From NCBI RefSeq assembly GCF_009914755.1, contig NC_060931.1: DNA of 64,000 nucleotides. One strand, written 5' to 3'. The notes beneath the pieces are model-generated. The model worked only from the letters and a program-made list of their open reading frames with translations. It ran no database searches and was not told the origin of the DNA. Shown piece after piece: positions 36,421-50,643 of the stretch (position 1 is the stretch's first letter; every line of letters begins with the position of its first letter). The position numbers were made by a program, and so were the translations under genes. This DNA is from the human T2T-CHM13v2.0 reference genome, Homo sapiens.

Positions 36421-37129
36421 TATGCCTCATAGCACCTAGACTTGAGCAATATATTAGATCAGAAGCATCCTTTCTCTTTCCCTATCTGCTTCTTAGAATC
36501 GTTTTCAAACAAATAGAATAATAGTAAATGAAGTCTGAAAATATCAGAAAATAAAATCCAATTTGACTGGGAAGTCCAGGTTTCCTTAGAAAGGGAGAGT
36601 CTGGGGTGGTGAAACTGGTAACAGAAATAAAATGGTTGCTAGAAAGCGATATCTAAGTGGTGTTTCTGGAAAAGGTAAGTGAAGAAGAGGCATTTATAGT
36701 TTAGGTTTGTAATTTTCCAAGCAATCCCAGAGGGTTTAAGCAGAGGGCAGGCAATGTGGAAGGCCTTGGATGGAGTTGTCTTAGCAACGAAGCCCTTTTC
36801 CTTCCTGACTCAGCCAGGCAGGGAAGTGAGAGCAGCTTTGAGGAATGTGCTGAACTTTGCAAGAAGTTGGTTTCCAGCTCTCAGGAAAGTTAAATTAAAA
36901 TTTCCTCAATGTATGTGATATTCTTGTTCCTCAGGCTTATGGTTTAAAAAATTGGCTCAAGCAATGTTCTGACAAACAAGGGGTGGCGAGAGACTTTGAC
37001 GATATAACCAGGCAGTTTGAACGTAGGTTCTTTCTCCAGCTCTTCAGAACAAGCCTTAGTTATACACTCGGCTAGGGGACCCCACCATGCTTTGGCCACC
37101 AACTGGTCACTTGGAATGTGGACTGGTCT

Positions 37130-38980
37130 TTCTGCCTTCAATCTGCCTACATATTACTCATCTCTTTTTCTTCCAGCTGCCAGAGGGATTTTTCTAAAGT
37201 GAAAGTCTGCTCTTTGTATAAAATGCTTGGGTGACTTCCGTTGTCTTTAGGATAAGAGCTAAACTTCATGTGGTATATGAGTCGTTAGAAGATGTGGCTC
37301 ATACATCATTATGGTCACTCCTCTCTGTTAACCCTTCTGTACTGCAGCCCTTCACAACTACTGGCATTTCTTGATTCCATTAAATTCCCTGTTGCCCCCT
37401 TTACTTGCTGCTGTCTGTGCTTGGAATATCCTCCCTATACCTCCTTCTCTATGTGGCCTCCCTGTATCTTATCTTTTAGATCTCAAGGTCATCATCCACT
37501 TCTCCAAAACCCTTCCACAACCCCCTCTTTCTTTCCCACCATTGAGGGAATAGTAGCCACATATAATATTATTTTTGTTATAATGATGCTTTTAAAAGAT
37601 AAAGCCCTTGTTTGAATGTGTGGAGTATTCCTCAGAATTCATAAATTATCTATCCATCATAACAATTAATACTAATGAAAAGCTAATTTAACATCCACAG
37701 TTAATTGGCTAAGTCAGATTTCTTCTGTGGTCAGATTGCAAGTTAATCAGAAGCACTCACATCTCCAGGAGCTCTGTGTTGATTCTTCCATTAAAATTGG
37801 GCTAGGACCTTGATCTTTCCACTTCCATCTTCTCCAGTCCCTGTCCCCCGATTCAAAATCCACTTAAATGGGTATTTTTCACAAGCTTTCCATGTTCCTT
37901 TCAGTCAGAACTAACTCTAATCATCAATGTTCACCTTAGTTTATCCATATTTTTATTTAGGAAAACTCAGCATGTTTTTGTTTCCTCGAATCTATCCACT
38001 AAAAAGAAGACTCCTTAAGGAAAGGGCTCAGCTTAGCACTTAGCATTGGCTTAAAGCATTTGACCCAGGTTAAACTGGATGAACAAAAATATCATTTATA
38101 TTTATTCAGGAACCTTACAGAAATCTACAAAATAGCTTGTTTTGGATGTTACAGCTTACACTAGCTATTGGCTAGAGTTGTGATCTGTAAGTATGGTGCA
38201 CATAGACCAACTCCTTTTTTTTTCTTAAATAATGATGCTTTGCTTATTTGTCTCTATTATCATTCCTGCCACACCCAACTACTTTATGTACCTTAGTTCT
38301 ACTCTGTTTTTCTTTTTTTTTTTTTTTTTTTTTTTTTGAGACACTGTTACTCTGTCACCCAGGCTGGAGTGCAGTGGTGAGATATTGGCTCACTACAACC
38401 TCCGCCTCCTGGTTTCAAGTGATTCTCCTGCCTCAGCCTCCTGAATAGCTGGGACTACAGGCATATGTCACCACATCCGGCTAATTTTTGTATTTTTGGT
38501 AGACAGGGGATTTCACCATGTTGGCCAGGCTTGTCTCAAGCTTCTGAGCTCGAGTGATCTGCCCTCCATGGCCTCCTAAAGTGCTGGGATAACAGGTGTG
38601 AGCCACCACGCTCAGACTACCCTGTTCTTTATGCAGTTTTCTCTTTTGGAATGCTCTTTCTTACTCCGTCTTTGTCAAATTTCTTTGTAGTTTCAAGGGT
38701 CATGTTAAATGCTATCTTCCATGAGGACATCCTGGTTTACTAATCTGAGTAGGATTTCTCTGTTTTCACCCCTCTCTCACAATGTCATTTGTTTATACTG
38801 CTGTAGGGCACATACCTTTTTCTGTTATTTGCTTTTATTATTTCTGTATGCCATTCCCTTCCAAATAAATGGGAACTGCCTTCAAAGCAGGATCTTATCT
38901 TACTTATTGTATCTGCTATGGCTCCTAAAACAGAGCCTGCTACAGAGTGGGTGGCCAATAAATATTTGTTGAATAAATGA
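37130..38980 (+). mobile_element. Cluster of L2 fragments
   Basis: 'cagctgccagagggatttttctaaa'; 3' end 'caataaatatttgttgaataaatgaa' near 38956-38980. Confidence 0.65.
38306..38616 (-). mobile_element. AluS/J
   Basis: Reverse dimer with a long T run. Confidence 0.9.
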
Positions 38981-39421
38981 AAACAAGAGGTACTCAATAA
39001 GCATCTTTTATAGTGAACTAATCACAAAATTTTCCAGTCATTGAAGAATCTAGATATTTTTTGAGACTTCATAGGACCCACATGAGTGCTGCAAATTTTG
39101 ATCAACTTCTTGAGATCTTTTTCCTTTTGGAAGTCTCTTCTGAGGCAGTCAGTCCCCAGTAAGGAGAATGAATGACACTGACTGAGAGCAGCAGGCAGAG
39201 CATCAGATTGGGGAACAGTACACCTCTCCACCATCCTCTCTCAGATCACTCCTAAGAATAGGCAGGCCAGCTGAGTTAACTTGATGGTCCAGGGAGAGAT
39301 GTCATTTCTATGTCTCTCTTACTGAATGGGAACATTTGTTTCCTTTTAGCCTTCCCAACCCCTCTGTTCAGGGCGGAGCTTAAGCCGGGAAAGAGCCCTT
39401 GGATTTCTAGGAGCGTGGTTC

Positions 39422-39838
39422 TGAGAAGGAAAAAAACCTTTTAATGTGAAGAATGTGAGCCCTTTTAAATTATTAGGCCCAGAAAGGCGTTTAAAATGTA
39501 ACAGCAGTTACATCTCACTCTCCCTTGAGCCAAATAATTATCTCTTGAAGATACTTATTATGTAGGCTCTAGACTGATGCTAAATAACTATAATGTCATA
39601 TACCTTACAGTGTAAGAATACACATCCAATCACAAAGCAATGTTACTTCTGTTAACCAATGAGAATTCCTGATAACATTTCTAATTGTCCTTTTTTCTTT
39701 AAAAATTTAAGCCTCTATTTTGTTCTCGGGAGCACCCCCCTCAAGGAAACTTGGAAGTGTGTTCTGGGCTGCAGTCCTCAACTGTGGCCCAAACTCTCCG
39801 TATTAATTTTGCCTCAGCTTATTCCTTTTAGGTCAACA
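39422..39838 (+). mobile_element. MER34-family ERV1 5' LTR
   Basis: 'gagcccttttaaattattaggcccagaaaggc...attaattttgcctcagctt...ttaggtcaaca'; followed by a PBS-like sequence. Confidence 0.78.
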
Positions 39839-39842
39839 TTTC

Positions 39843-39862
39843 TGGTGCTGTTAGCAAGATTC
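39843..39862 (+). other. Retroviral primer-binding site, tRNA-Ser-like
   Basis: tggtgctgttagcaagattc vs TGGCGCTGTGAGCAGGATTC (complement of the recalled tRNA-Ser(CGA) 3' end), 17/20, starting 4 nt after the LTR end. Confidence 0.6.
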
Positions 39863-41694
39863 ACAACAAACCCATCCCGTCCTCTAACATTTTTCCCCAA
39901 CTTGACCCCTGGTCAGGCTTCAAAACCTTTGTGTTCTTCCTATTCTGAGAGAAATTATTTGATGTAAAGTGGTGGATGTTACTAAAATTCCAGACCTAAT
40001 TCTTCCACTCTTTGATTAAAGGTCTAGACTTTACTTGGGCTATTCTTTCAAACTCTCTCTAGAACAAAGATTTTTGGTATTTATCTTGTGGGTAAGAGAT
40101 TTGGGTTGTAGGGAAAAAAACTGCCTTTTTTCTGCCTCTCCCTCAGGGCCAGAGATTCAGGTTAAGGATTTTTCCATCTCTGTCTCACAGCATAAGGTTC
40201 AAGTCAAAGGGCTGGCAGTTGGGCACCTGTGGTCTTGTTTTCCATAGCATACTTTAAAAATTACCACTGCACAGCCAATCACTAACCAATGTCATTTTTA
40301 TAAACCAATAAAAAATTGTTTTTAATTTTTTAATATTTTTAGTTTTAGTTTTTGTGGGTACATAGTAGGTGTATACATTTGTGGGGAATATGGGATATTT
40401 TAATACAGGTAGGTATACAGTGTGTAATAATCATATCAGAGTAATTGAGGTATCCATCACCTCAAGCATTTATCCATTGTGTTACAAACAGTACAATTAT
40501 ACTCTTTTAGGTATTTTAGAATGTACAATTAAATTATTATTGACTATAATCAACCTGTTGTGGGGTCAAATATTAGATCTTGTCCATTCTTTCTATTTTT
40601 TATACCTATTAACCATTCCTTCTCTTCTGCCCCCCTCCCTCCCCATTCCGCCCCCGCCCCTGGCCCCACCCTGCTATCCTCTGGTAACTGTCTTATTCTC
40701 TATCTCCATGAGTTCAAGTGTTTTAATTTTTAGCTTCCACAGATAAGTGGGAACATGTGAAATTTGTTTTTCTGTGCCTGGCTTATTTAACTTAACATAG
40801 TGACCTACAGTTCCATCCATGTTGTTGAAAATGACAGGATCTCATTTTTTATGGCTGTTTAGTATTCCATTCTATATGTGTACCATATTTTCTTTATCCA
40901 TTTGTCTGTTGGCAAACACTTGGGGTGCTTCCAAATCTTGGCTGTTGTGAATAGTGCTGCAATAAACTTGGGAGTGCAGATATCTTTTTGATATGCTAAT
41001 TTCCTTTATTTTGCTTATATACCTAGTAGTGGGATTGGTGGATCACATGGTAGCTCTAATTTTAGTTTTTTGAGGAACCTCCGAACTGTTCTCTATAGTG
41101 GTTGTACTAATTTACATTCCCACCAAAAGCATATGAGGTTGCCCTTTTCTCCATGGCCTTGCCAGCATTTGTTATAGCCTGTCTTTTGGATAAAAGCCAT
41201 TTTACTGGGATGAGATAATATCTCATTGTAGTTTTGATTTGCGTTTATCTGATGATCAATAATATGGAACATCTTTTCTTATATCTGCTTGCCATTTGTA
41301 TGTCTTCTTTTGAGAAATGTCTATTCAGATCTTTTTCTAATTTTTAAATCAGATTATTAGATTTTTTTCCTGTAGAGTTGCTTGAGCTCCTTAAATATTC
41401 TGGTTATTAATCCCTTGCCAGATGGGTAGTTTGCAAATATTTTCTCCCATTCTGTGGGTTGTCTTTTCACTTTGTTGATTGTTTCCTTTGCTGTGCAGAA
41501 CTTGATGGGATCCCATTTGTCCATTTTTGCTTTGGTTGCCTGTGTTTGTGGGGGTATTGCTCAAGAGATCTTTGCCCAGTCCAATGTCCTGGAGACTTTC
41601 TCCAGTCCCATGTCCTGCAGACTTTCACCAAAGTTTTCTTCCAGTAGTTTCATAGTTTGAGATCTTAAATTTAAGTCTTTAATCCATTTTGATT

Positions 41695-41759
41695 TGATCT
41701 GCCCACCTCAGCCTCCCAAAGTGCTGGGATTACAAGCATGAGAGCCACCATGCCCGACC
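41695..41759 (-). mobile_element. Alu 5' remnant at an L1 deletion junction
   Basis: 'tgatctgcccacctcagcctcccaaagtgctgggattacaagcatgag'. Confidence 0.85.
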
Positions 41760-44051
41760 TTTCATTTGTAACTTGTACATGAGATTACTTTGTCATTTTC
41801 TTTTTCAGAAGCGTTTGCTGTTGGCATATAGAAATGCTATTGATTTTTGTATGTTTATTTGGTATCCTGCAACTTTACTGAATTTACCAGTTGTAATAGT
41901 TTTTTGGTAGAGTCTTCAAGTTTCTCCAAATATAAGATCATATCTTCTGCAATCAAGGATAATTTGATGTCTTCCTTTCAAATTTGGATGCACTTTATTT
42001 TTCTTTCTCTTGTCTGATTGCTCTAGATAGGACTTCCAGTAATATGTTGAATAATAGTGGTGAATGTGGGCATCCTTGTGTTGCAGATCTTTGAGGAAAG
42101 GCTTTCAGTTTTCCCCCATTCAATATAATACTAACTGTGGATATATCACATATGGCTTTTATTATATTGAGGTATGTTCCTTCTATCTCCAGTGTTTTGA
42201 GGGTTTTTATGATGAAGTGATGTTAAATTTTATAAAATGCTTTTTCAGCATCAATTGAAATGATCATATTGTCTAACATATGGCCTATCCTTGAGAATGA
42301 TCTTTGTACTGAGAAGAATGTGTATTCTGCAGCCATTGGATGAAATGTTTGGTCAATATCTATTAGTTCCATTTGGTTTATGGTGTAGATTAAGTACAAT
42401 GTTTATTGGTTGCTTTTCTGTCTGAATGATCTGTCCAATGCTAAAAGTAGGGTGTTGAAGTCTCCAGCTATAATTGTATTGGGGTCTCTCTCTTTAGCTC
42501 TAATAATATTTGCTCTATATATCTGGGTGCTCCCCTGTTGGGTGCATATATATTTACAATTGTTATATCCTCTTGCTGAATTGACCACTTTATCATTATA
42601 TAATAACCTTCTTTGTCTCTTTGTGTAATTTTTGTCTTAAAATCTATTTTGTCTGATATAAGTATAGCTACCCCTGCTCCCTTTTGGTTTCCATTTGCAT
42701 GGAATATCTTTTTCCATCTTTTTAGTTTCAGTCTATATGTGTCTTTTTAGGTGAAATATGTTTCTTGGGGGCAACAGATCATTGGGTCTTTTTTTTTAAA
42801 ATCCATTCTGCCACTCTGTGTCTTTTAATTGGCCAGTTAGTCCATTTACATTCAATATTATTAATGATAAGTAAGAACTACTCCTGCCATTTTGTTATTT
42901 GTTTTCTGGTTATTTTGTGGTATTCTCTTTCTTCTTTCTTTTCTTCCTGTTTTCCTTTTAGTGAAGGTGATTTTCTGATCTGATTTTCTCAGGTGGTTGT
43001 TTAATTTCTTGCTTTTTGTTTTTGTGTATTTATTGCATGTTCTTTTTTATTTGAGGTTACCGTGAGGCTTGCAAATATTATCTTATCTCATTATTTTAAA
43101 CTGATGAAAACTTAGCACTGATTGCATAAGCAAAGAAAAAACTAATAGTATCTCTACACTTTAACTTCATACCCCTGCTTTTTAACTTTTTGTTGTTTCT
43201 ATTTGTATCTTATTGTATGGCCTATGTCTTAAAAAGTTGTAGTTATTATATGTTATTCATCTTTTCATCTTCTATTTCAAATATGAGTCATTTACACGCT
43301 GCAATCAGTGTTATACTATTCTTTGTTTTTCTGTGTACTTATTATTACCAGTGAATTTTTTTACTTTTGAATGATTCCTTATTGCTCATTAATGTCCTTT
43401 TTTTCAGATTAAAGAACTCAGTTTAGCATTTCTTGTAGGGCAGGTCTGGTGTTGATGAAATCCCTCAGCTTTTGTTTATCTGGGAAAGTCTTCTTTATTT
43501 CTGCTTCATTTTTGAAGGATATTTTCACTGGATACACTATTCTAGGATAAAAGCGTTTTTCCTTTAGCACTGTAAATATGTCATGCCACTCTCTCCTAGC
43601 CTATAAGGTTTCCACTGAAAAGTCTGCTGCCAGATGTATTGGAGCTCCATCGTGGGTTATTTGTTTCTTTTCTCTTGATTTTAGCATCCTTTCTTTATCC
43701 TTGGGCTTTGGGAGTTTAATGATTAAATGCCTTGAGGCAGTCTTCTTTGGATTAAATCTGCCTAGTGTTCTAAAACCTTCTTATACTTGAATATTAATAT
43801 CTTTCTCTACGTTTGGGAAATTTTCTGTTATTATTACTTAGAATAGGCTTTCTACTTCTATCTCTCTCTCTACCTCCTTTTAAAGGCCAGTAACTCTTAG
43901 ATTTGCCCCTTTGAGGCTGTTTTCCAGATCTTGCAGGTGTGCTTTATTCTTTTTCATTCTTTTTTCTTTTGTCTCCTCTGACTGTGAATTGTCAAATAGC
44001 CTGTCTTCAAGTTTACTAATTATTTCTTCTGCTTGATCAATTCTGCTATTA

Positions 44052-44414
<363 letters not shown>

Positions 44415-46674
44415 TTATTTTTAATAATTACAATTTCTATCTAAAATTTATCTGATAGGATTCTGAATTCCTTCTCTGTGTTATCTTGAAATTTTTGACT
44501 TTCCTCAAATATGAATTCCTCAAATTTTGAATTCTCTGTCTGAAAGGTCACATATCTCTTTCTCTCCAGGATTGGTTCCTGATGCCTTATTCAGTTTGTT
44601 TGGTGAGACCATGTTTTCCTGGATGGTCTTGAAGCTTGTGTGTATTCATCTGTGTTTGGCATTTAAGAGTTAGGTATTTATTGTAGCCTTTGCACTCTGG
44701 GCTTATTTGTACCTGTCCTTCTTGGGAAAGATTTCCAGATATTCTAAGAGACTTGGGTATTGCAATCTAAGTTTTTGCTCACTGCAACCATATCTGCATT
44801 AGGTGGCACCCCCAAGCACAGTAATGCTGTGGTTTTTGCAGACTCGTAGAGGTATCACCTTGGTGCTCTTGGATAATACCTGCAAGAATGTTACAGATTA
44901 CCAGGCAGAGACTCTTGTTCTTTTCCCTTAGTTTCTCCCAAATGAACAAAGTCTCTCTCTCTTCTTTGAGCCACCTGGAGCTGGGGGTGGGGTGACACAA
45001 GCATTCCTGTGGCCACCAACACTGGGATTGCACTGGATTTGACCTGAAGCCAGAACAGCACTAGGCCTTGCCCAAGGCCCACTGTAACCACCACCTCGCT
45101 ACTGCCTATGTTCGCTCAAGGCTCTAGGGCTCTATAATCAGCAGGTGGTGGAGCCAGTCAGGCTTATGTCCTTCCTTTAAGCATCCCAAGTTCCCCCAGA
45201 CCTGGGATGGGTCCACAGATGCTGTCTAGAGGCCAGGGCCTGTAGTCAGAATCCTTAGAAGCCTACCTGGTGCTGTATTCTACTGCAGCTAAGCTGGGAC
45301 CAAAACCACCAAAGTCTTTCCCATTCTTCTTTCCCCTGTCCCCAGGCAGAGGAGTCTATCCATGTTTCTACAACCACCACAGGCCCACGGGGAGTACTGT
45401 CAGGTTATCACCAATGTTCACTTAAGGACCAAGAGCTGTTTAGTCAGCTTGGGGTTAATGCTGCCAAGCCCAGGACTCACCCTTTAGGGAAGTGGGCTTA
45501 CTTCTTGCCCAGGGATCCAGAGATCCATCCAAGAGCCAAGGCCTAGAGCTGGGGACCCCAAGAGCCCTCTTGATGCTCTTCACCGTGACTGAGCTTGTAC
45601 CTAAGCTCAAGAAAAAGTCCCCCTTACTCTTCCCTCTTCTTTTCTCAAGCAGATGGGGTCTCTCCTCATAGCCACCACAGCCGTAAATGTGCTGGGTTAC
45701 ATGTGAAGCCAACATGTCTCAGAGTCTCACCCAAGGCCCATGGCATGTAATATCTGATTACCACTGCTGATTATTCAGGGTCCAAGGGCTCTTTACTCAG
45801 CAGGTGATGAATCCTGCCAGGACTGGGTCATTTCCTTCAAGGCAGTGGATTCCCTTCTGGCCCAGGGTGTATCTAGAAATTTCATCTGGGAGCTAGAGCC
45901 TGGAATGGGGGCCTTATGACTCTGCCCAGTGCTGTATGCTACTGTGGCTGAGCTTGGATCTAAGTTGTAAGATAAAGACCTCTTTGCCCTTCCTTCTCTT
46001 CTCCTGAAGCGGAAGGAAGGGATCTCTTTTTGAGCTGCAAGCTGCACTACCTGGGATCGGGGGAGGGGTGGCTCAAGTACTCCCTTAGCCACCCCGGCTG
46101 GTGTCTCACTAGGCTGCACACTCTCCAAGTCCACTGGCTCTGAGCCCAGCACAACACTAGGACTTGCCTAGGAGTTGTAGTCCTTGTGGCATAGATAGCT
46201 GTTCAGGTTTATTTAGTACCCCAGAGTACTTCAGCCCACAGTGGCAAGGCTTGCCGAAACTCAAGTTCCAGCCACTAGGATGGATGATTCTTTTTTGGTT
46301 AAGGCTGGACCCAGTGCTTCCTCCATGGGTGCAGACTGAGTTCTGGCTGGCGTGGGCGGCACTGCATTCCAATGCAAAGTCCCACAATCACTGCATTCTC
46401 CCTCTCCCATGTATACAGATTCCCTCTCTATGTATCACATGGCTGCTGCTCAGGGGATGGAGGAGGGGTGGTGTCGACAATTCAAGATTATCTTTTCCAC
46501 CCTCTTCAGTGCCTCTTTTAGCGATGTGAAGTTAAAACCAGGTACTGTGATTGCTCACCTGATTTTTGGTTCTTATGAGGGTGCTTTTCTGCATAAATAG
46601 TTGTTTAATTTGGTGTTCCTGTGGAGAGGACAACTGGTGGAGGCTTCTATTCAGCCATCTTGCCCTGCCTCGTC

Positions 46675-46875
46675 CCAATAAACATTTTTGACAAACAACT
46701 TTTGTAATCGCCCTTCTTCTGATTTGTCCTTTTTTCTTTAAAAGTGAACGTCTGTTTTATTTTCTGGAGGACTCCCCAAAGCAATTTGGAAGTGTGTCCA
46801 GGGCTGCAGTCTTCAACTTTAGCCTCAAAAAACTCTGTATTAATTTTGTCTCAGCTTCTTACTTTTAGGTTGACA
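46675..46875 (+). mobile_element. MER34 3' LTR, distal part (proximal remnant at 40271-40320)
   Basis: Homologous to 39655-39838, e.g. 'ttggaagtgtgt..gggctgcagtc.tcaac' and 'tattaattttg.ctcagctt...ttttaggt'. Confidence 0.8.
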
Positions 46876-47312
46876 TTTCAGAAAAATGTTGCCTTGATTG
46901 GGTTTTTCCATAAAATAGTATGAACTGATATGATAGGGAAAAGGGGTGAAGAAAGTAATCATACAAGTGAAGGGAGATAATTAGGAATGTTGTCAGCAAT
47001 ATCAGAGTGAACTAGATCTTTGTAGAAATAGAGGATCTCAGGGCTCTGTCATTTGAACAAACTCTTTGTCTCAGGACCAGAATGTCTGCTCCTATGGAAT
47101 GTGCACTTGCCTTAATTGCAAACTAAATTAAAGATGATTCTAGTAGTACTTTCCACTTTCTCTTTGTTTTTTCACTTCACTAAGTTGCCGTATCAGAAAC
47201 GTACACTATACTCTAATGGAGCAAAGAAAACATTCCTGGCCCAGACCTCTTTCTTCAGCTGTGAGGGTTTCACAGCTGGGTTCACTTTATGATTGTTTGT
47301 TGTTGTTGTTGT

Positions 47313-47432
47313 TGTTTGGAATGGAGTCTTGCTATGTTGCCCAGGCCAGTCTCAAACTCTTGGACTCAAGTTATCCTCTCACCTTGGCCTCCCAGAGTGC
47401 TGGGATTACAGATGTGAGACACCATACAGGCT
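47313..47432 (-). mobile_element. FLAM with (TTG)n tail
   Basis: TSD tcactttatgatt / tcactttgtgatt. Confidence 0.85.
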
Positions 47433-48255
47433 CACTTTGTGATTCTTTACTCACCTGTATAGTTTGGGTTCATACACTTTTCTGTACTTATGTTATATTT
47501 CAATAATAAAGTAAAAAAAAACAATATTAGGCTGAGCAGTAGAAAGGTCAAAACTAAAGAGCTAAGTGTAGTGAGTTAGAAATTGGGGCCAAGTATTCTA
47601 TTGTTATAGAATAGAGCACAAAGGAATAAATAGATGATAAATATACAAGATAAATTAAGAAACCTGAATGAAATGTCTGCATGTTTTGAAGTCTCTTTAA
47701 TGATATGTGGTTACCTAAGGTGGGTCTGGAGGGATAAAATAGAGATAATGAAGCAGATCCTTAAATAAATAAAAGAAATAACACCTGAAGAATGAAATGA
47801 GCTCTCAGATTGAAAGCTAACACTATGTGCCAAACAGAATGAAACAACTTCACAAATGCACACAAATGTATGACATTTTGGCTCATTCAAGAAAAGAGAA
47901 AATTAAAAAGCTACTCTAGATAATTAAACTGAAAATCCACAGATTTTTCATCTGCAATAATGGATGAAAAAAGATAATCAAGCAAAATCTTCAATATTGA
48001 AGGAAAATAACTTTTGAGTTTAGAATAAAGATTTGGCCATAGGTGGTGAGGGTTTCAAGAATTTATGGTATAGACTACACCCCATAGTCCAGTCAAACAA
48101 GTATTCTCTGCTGCTGGTAGAGTCCTCTTTGATAGAGGTGTACATGTGATTCAGGGATGAGGCGAGACAAACTCAGTCACACATCCCATGACTTGGCCCC
48201 TACTTCCTTAGGCATCCTAGCAAACAGGCTGGCTCACCAGGGACACCTATGAGGT

Positions 48256-49275
48256 GGGTGTTGATTTTAATCTAAAAGACACAATCCTGAACACCAAAAC
48301 CTTGAATGTTGAAATTCTGAAAAATAAACATCCCCAAACTATAATTCTGGAAAAAATTTAAAAAAAAATTAAAAAGATATTTATTTACATTCTTAAAATG
48401 GGATTTTTTTGAGAAACATGTAAAAAAATGTCAGAACACTTCCTAGGCCACTTTACCCAGTAAAATGGGTAATAATAACATACATAATTTTGCAAGCATA
48501 AACACTCAGGTATATACCAATGACAGTTGCATGGGTATAACAGTTATGAGCAGATAAACTATATTCATAAATAGGTCAAAAAGGAAAATGTCTAAACACA
48601 TATCACTATAGTGCTAGTTGTGTACACCCACTTTTATAACTGCAGTCATCTGAAATACCTTGATGAACAACCTAAGTGTTTTGATGAGATTGATCATAAA
48701 TCATGATGTGTCACCACTGGTTATACAGTCATCCAAAGAGCTGAGATCTTGAGAAATTTTCTCTTTCACTGAAGATTTACAAAAAGAATAGTGCTTCATT
48801 TATTGAGGAAGTTTTAACATTTTCACATATACACACAGTGTTTACACACAAAGTCAACATTGTGATAATACACTTCCATGAAGTCAAATTTGCAAAAAAA
48901 AATTGCATAAAACATTAGAATTCTCTATAAGTTTCTACATAATTCTTAGTTCCAATATTGGAAATAATGTGAAGATTAAATACAGAGCATTAGAAATTGT
49001 AAAAAGCAGTGTTGACAATTTAAAATAGTGAAAAAAACTAAAATAAAGAAAAAGAAAAAAACTAAGGAGAAAATATGACTTACGGAAAAAACACATTTCA
49101 AGGATAGATTTTGGGGAATTGGACAGTCCATAAGAGCTAGCCCTTCATGAGACAACCATTCTGTGATAGTGATTTCTTGGATTTAAGATATTAGGAAGTT
49201 TGGACTTCAGAGATTTTGATCTTTTGGGATTTCAACATTTGGGAGTATGCTGTTTGGAACTTTGTCTTTTGGGAC
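48256..49275. mobile_element. Ricksha-type (MULE/MuDR) non-autonomous DNA transposon
   Basis: Long TIRs: left 'aaaagacacaatcctgaacacc...aatgttgaaattctgaaa', right 'cttttgggatttcaacatttggga...tttgtcttttggga'. Confidence 0.8.
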
Positions 49276-49584
49276 ACCAGAACTGGAAAGCAAACTTCCC
49301 CTAGATGGCTGCTGTCCAAGTTCCACATATTCTCACCAGCAAGGCCATTGCCCTGATGGGAAACTCCTATTGCTACAGGACTGGTTAAGTATTTCCGTTC
49401 TGCCCTAGCTTCCCCATAAATGCAAACGCAGTACAAGCACAAGCTCTCTGTCCCAGGGCACTATCCATGCTGCAGCCTGCTTTGTCTGTTTCAAGCACAA
49501 CTCTCTGTAGAGACTAAGGGCATTCTGGAGAGCCTTTTGCACAAGTGCTCTCCAACCAACCATGCATAATCCATATCCCAAATT

Positions 49585-50030
49585 GATAGTGTCATTTGTC
49601 CCACCTTCTGGCCCAATAAAGGGTAAATCTTAGTTAGGCTACTCTAATTGTAGTAATCCCATTCCTTTTGACAGTAAGTGGTTATAGAAAGGGCTGGTTC
49701 ACTTAGTCCTGACCAAATAGATGTGAGAAGTCTGCCCAGAGGCTTATGTGAAAGGTCTCCTTTTCTTTAAAGAGATCAAGAGAGGAAGAAGCAGAGTCTG
49801 CTTCCACTGGACATTGTCATGACTGACTGTGATTCCTGGGACTGTGACATCCATTGCCAAGAGAGGACTTAACCCCAGAACAAAATAGAAAAGTGGAGGA
49901 TGGCAGGGTGGGATGATGAAAAGGACCTCTCCTTTACGTGATACCTTTGTGCATGGAGCTGCCTTTTAAAAAACATTTGAGTATGGATTTCTCTGTTACT
50001 TGCAACCAAAAGTTTTCTAATGGAAACACA
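49585..50030 (+). mobile_element. Old MaLR LTR (MLT1J type)
   Basis: 'cttccactggacattgtcatg...ctgttacttgcaaccaaaag...ctaa'. Confidence 0.6.
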
Positions 50031-50184
50031 TAAGACTTAAAAAATTTACCATACCCAGACCTTCTCACAGAGAGTTTACTCCAGAAAGAAGAAAAATAAA
50101 TTCAGTAATAAGAAATGGGATACAGGAACACTTGTGGGCAAAGAAATGAGTGAAACTTAGTGTTACGTATAAATAAGAATGAAT

Positions 50185-50500
50185 GCTGGGAGTGGTGGCT
50201 CATACCTGTAATCCCAGCACTTTAGAAGGCTGAGGCAGGAGGATTGCTTGAGCCCAGGAGTTCGAGACCAGCCTGGGCAACATAGTGAGACCCTGTCTGT
50301 ATAAAAATAAAAAAAAAATCTGGGTATGATGGTACATGCTTATAGTCCCAGCTACTCAGGAGGCTGAGGCAGGAGGATTGTGTAAGCCCAGGAGTTTGAG
50401 GCATCGGTGAGCCATGATTGAGCCACTGCACTCCGGTCTGGGTGATGACAGAGCAAGACCCTGTCTCAAAAAAATTTAAAAAGATAAAAAATAAAAATAA
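50185..50500 (+). mobile_element. AluJ
   Basis: TSD aaataagaatgaatg / aaatgagaatgaatg. Confidence 0.92.
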
Positions 50501-50643
50501 ATGAGAATGAATGTAAAGCAAACATTTGTGAGTAATTAACTATAATATCCTACATAATTAAATAAGTGCTAAACAGATTTTAGAAAATGTGCTATGGTAA
50601 AATAAAGGAATTATGTTAGAGGTTCAAAGAAGGCTTTATAGAT

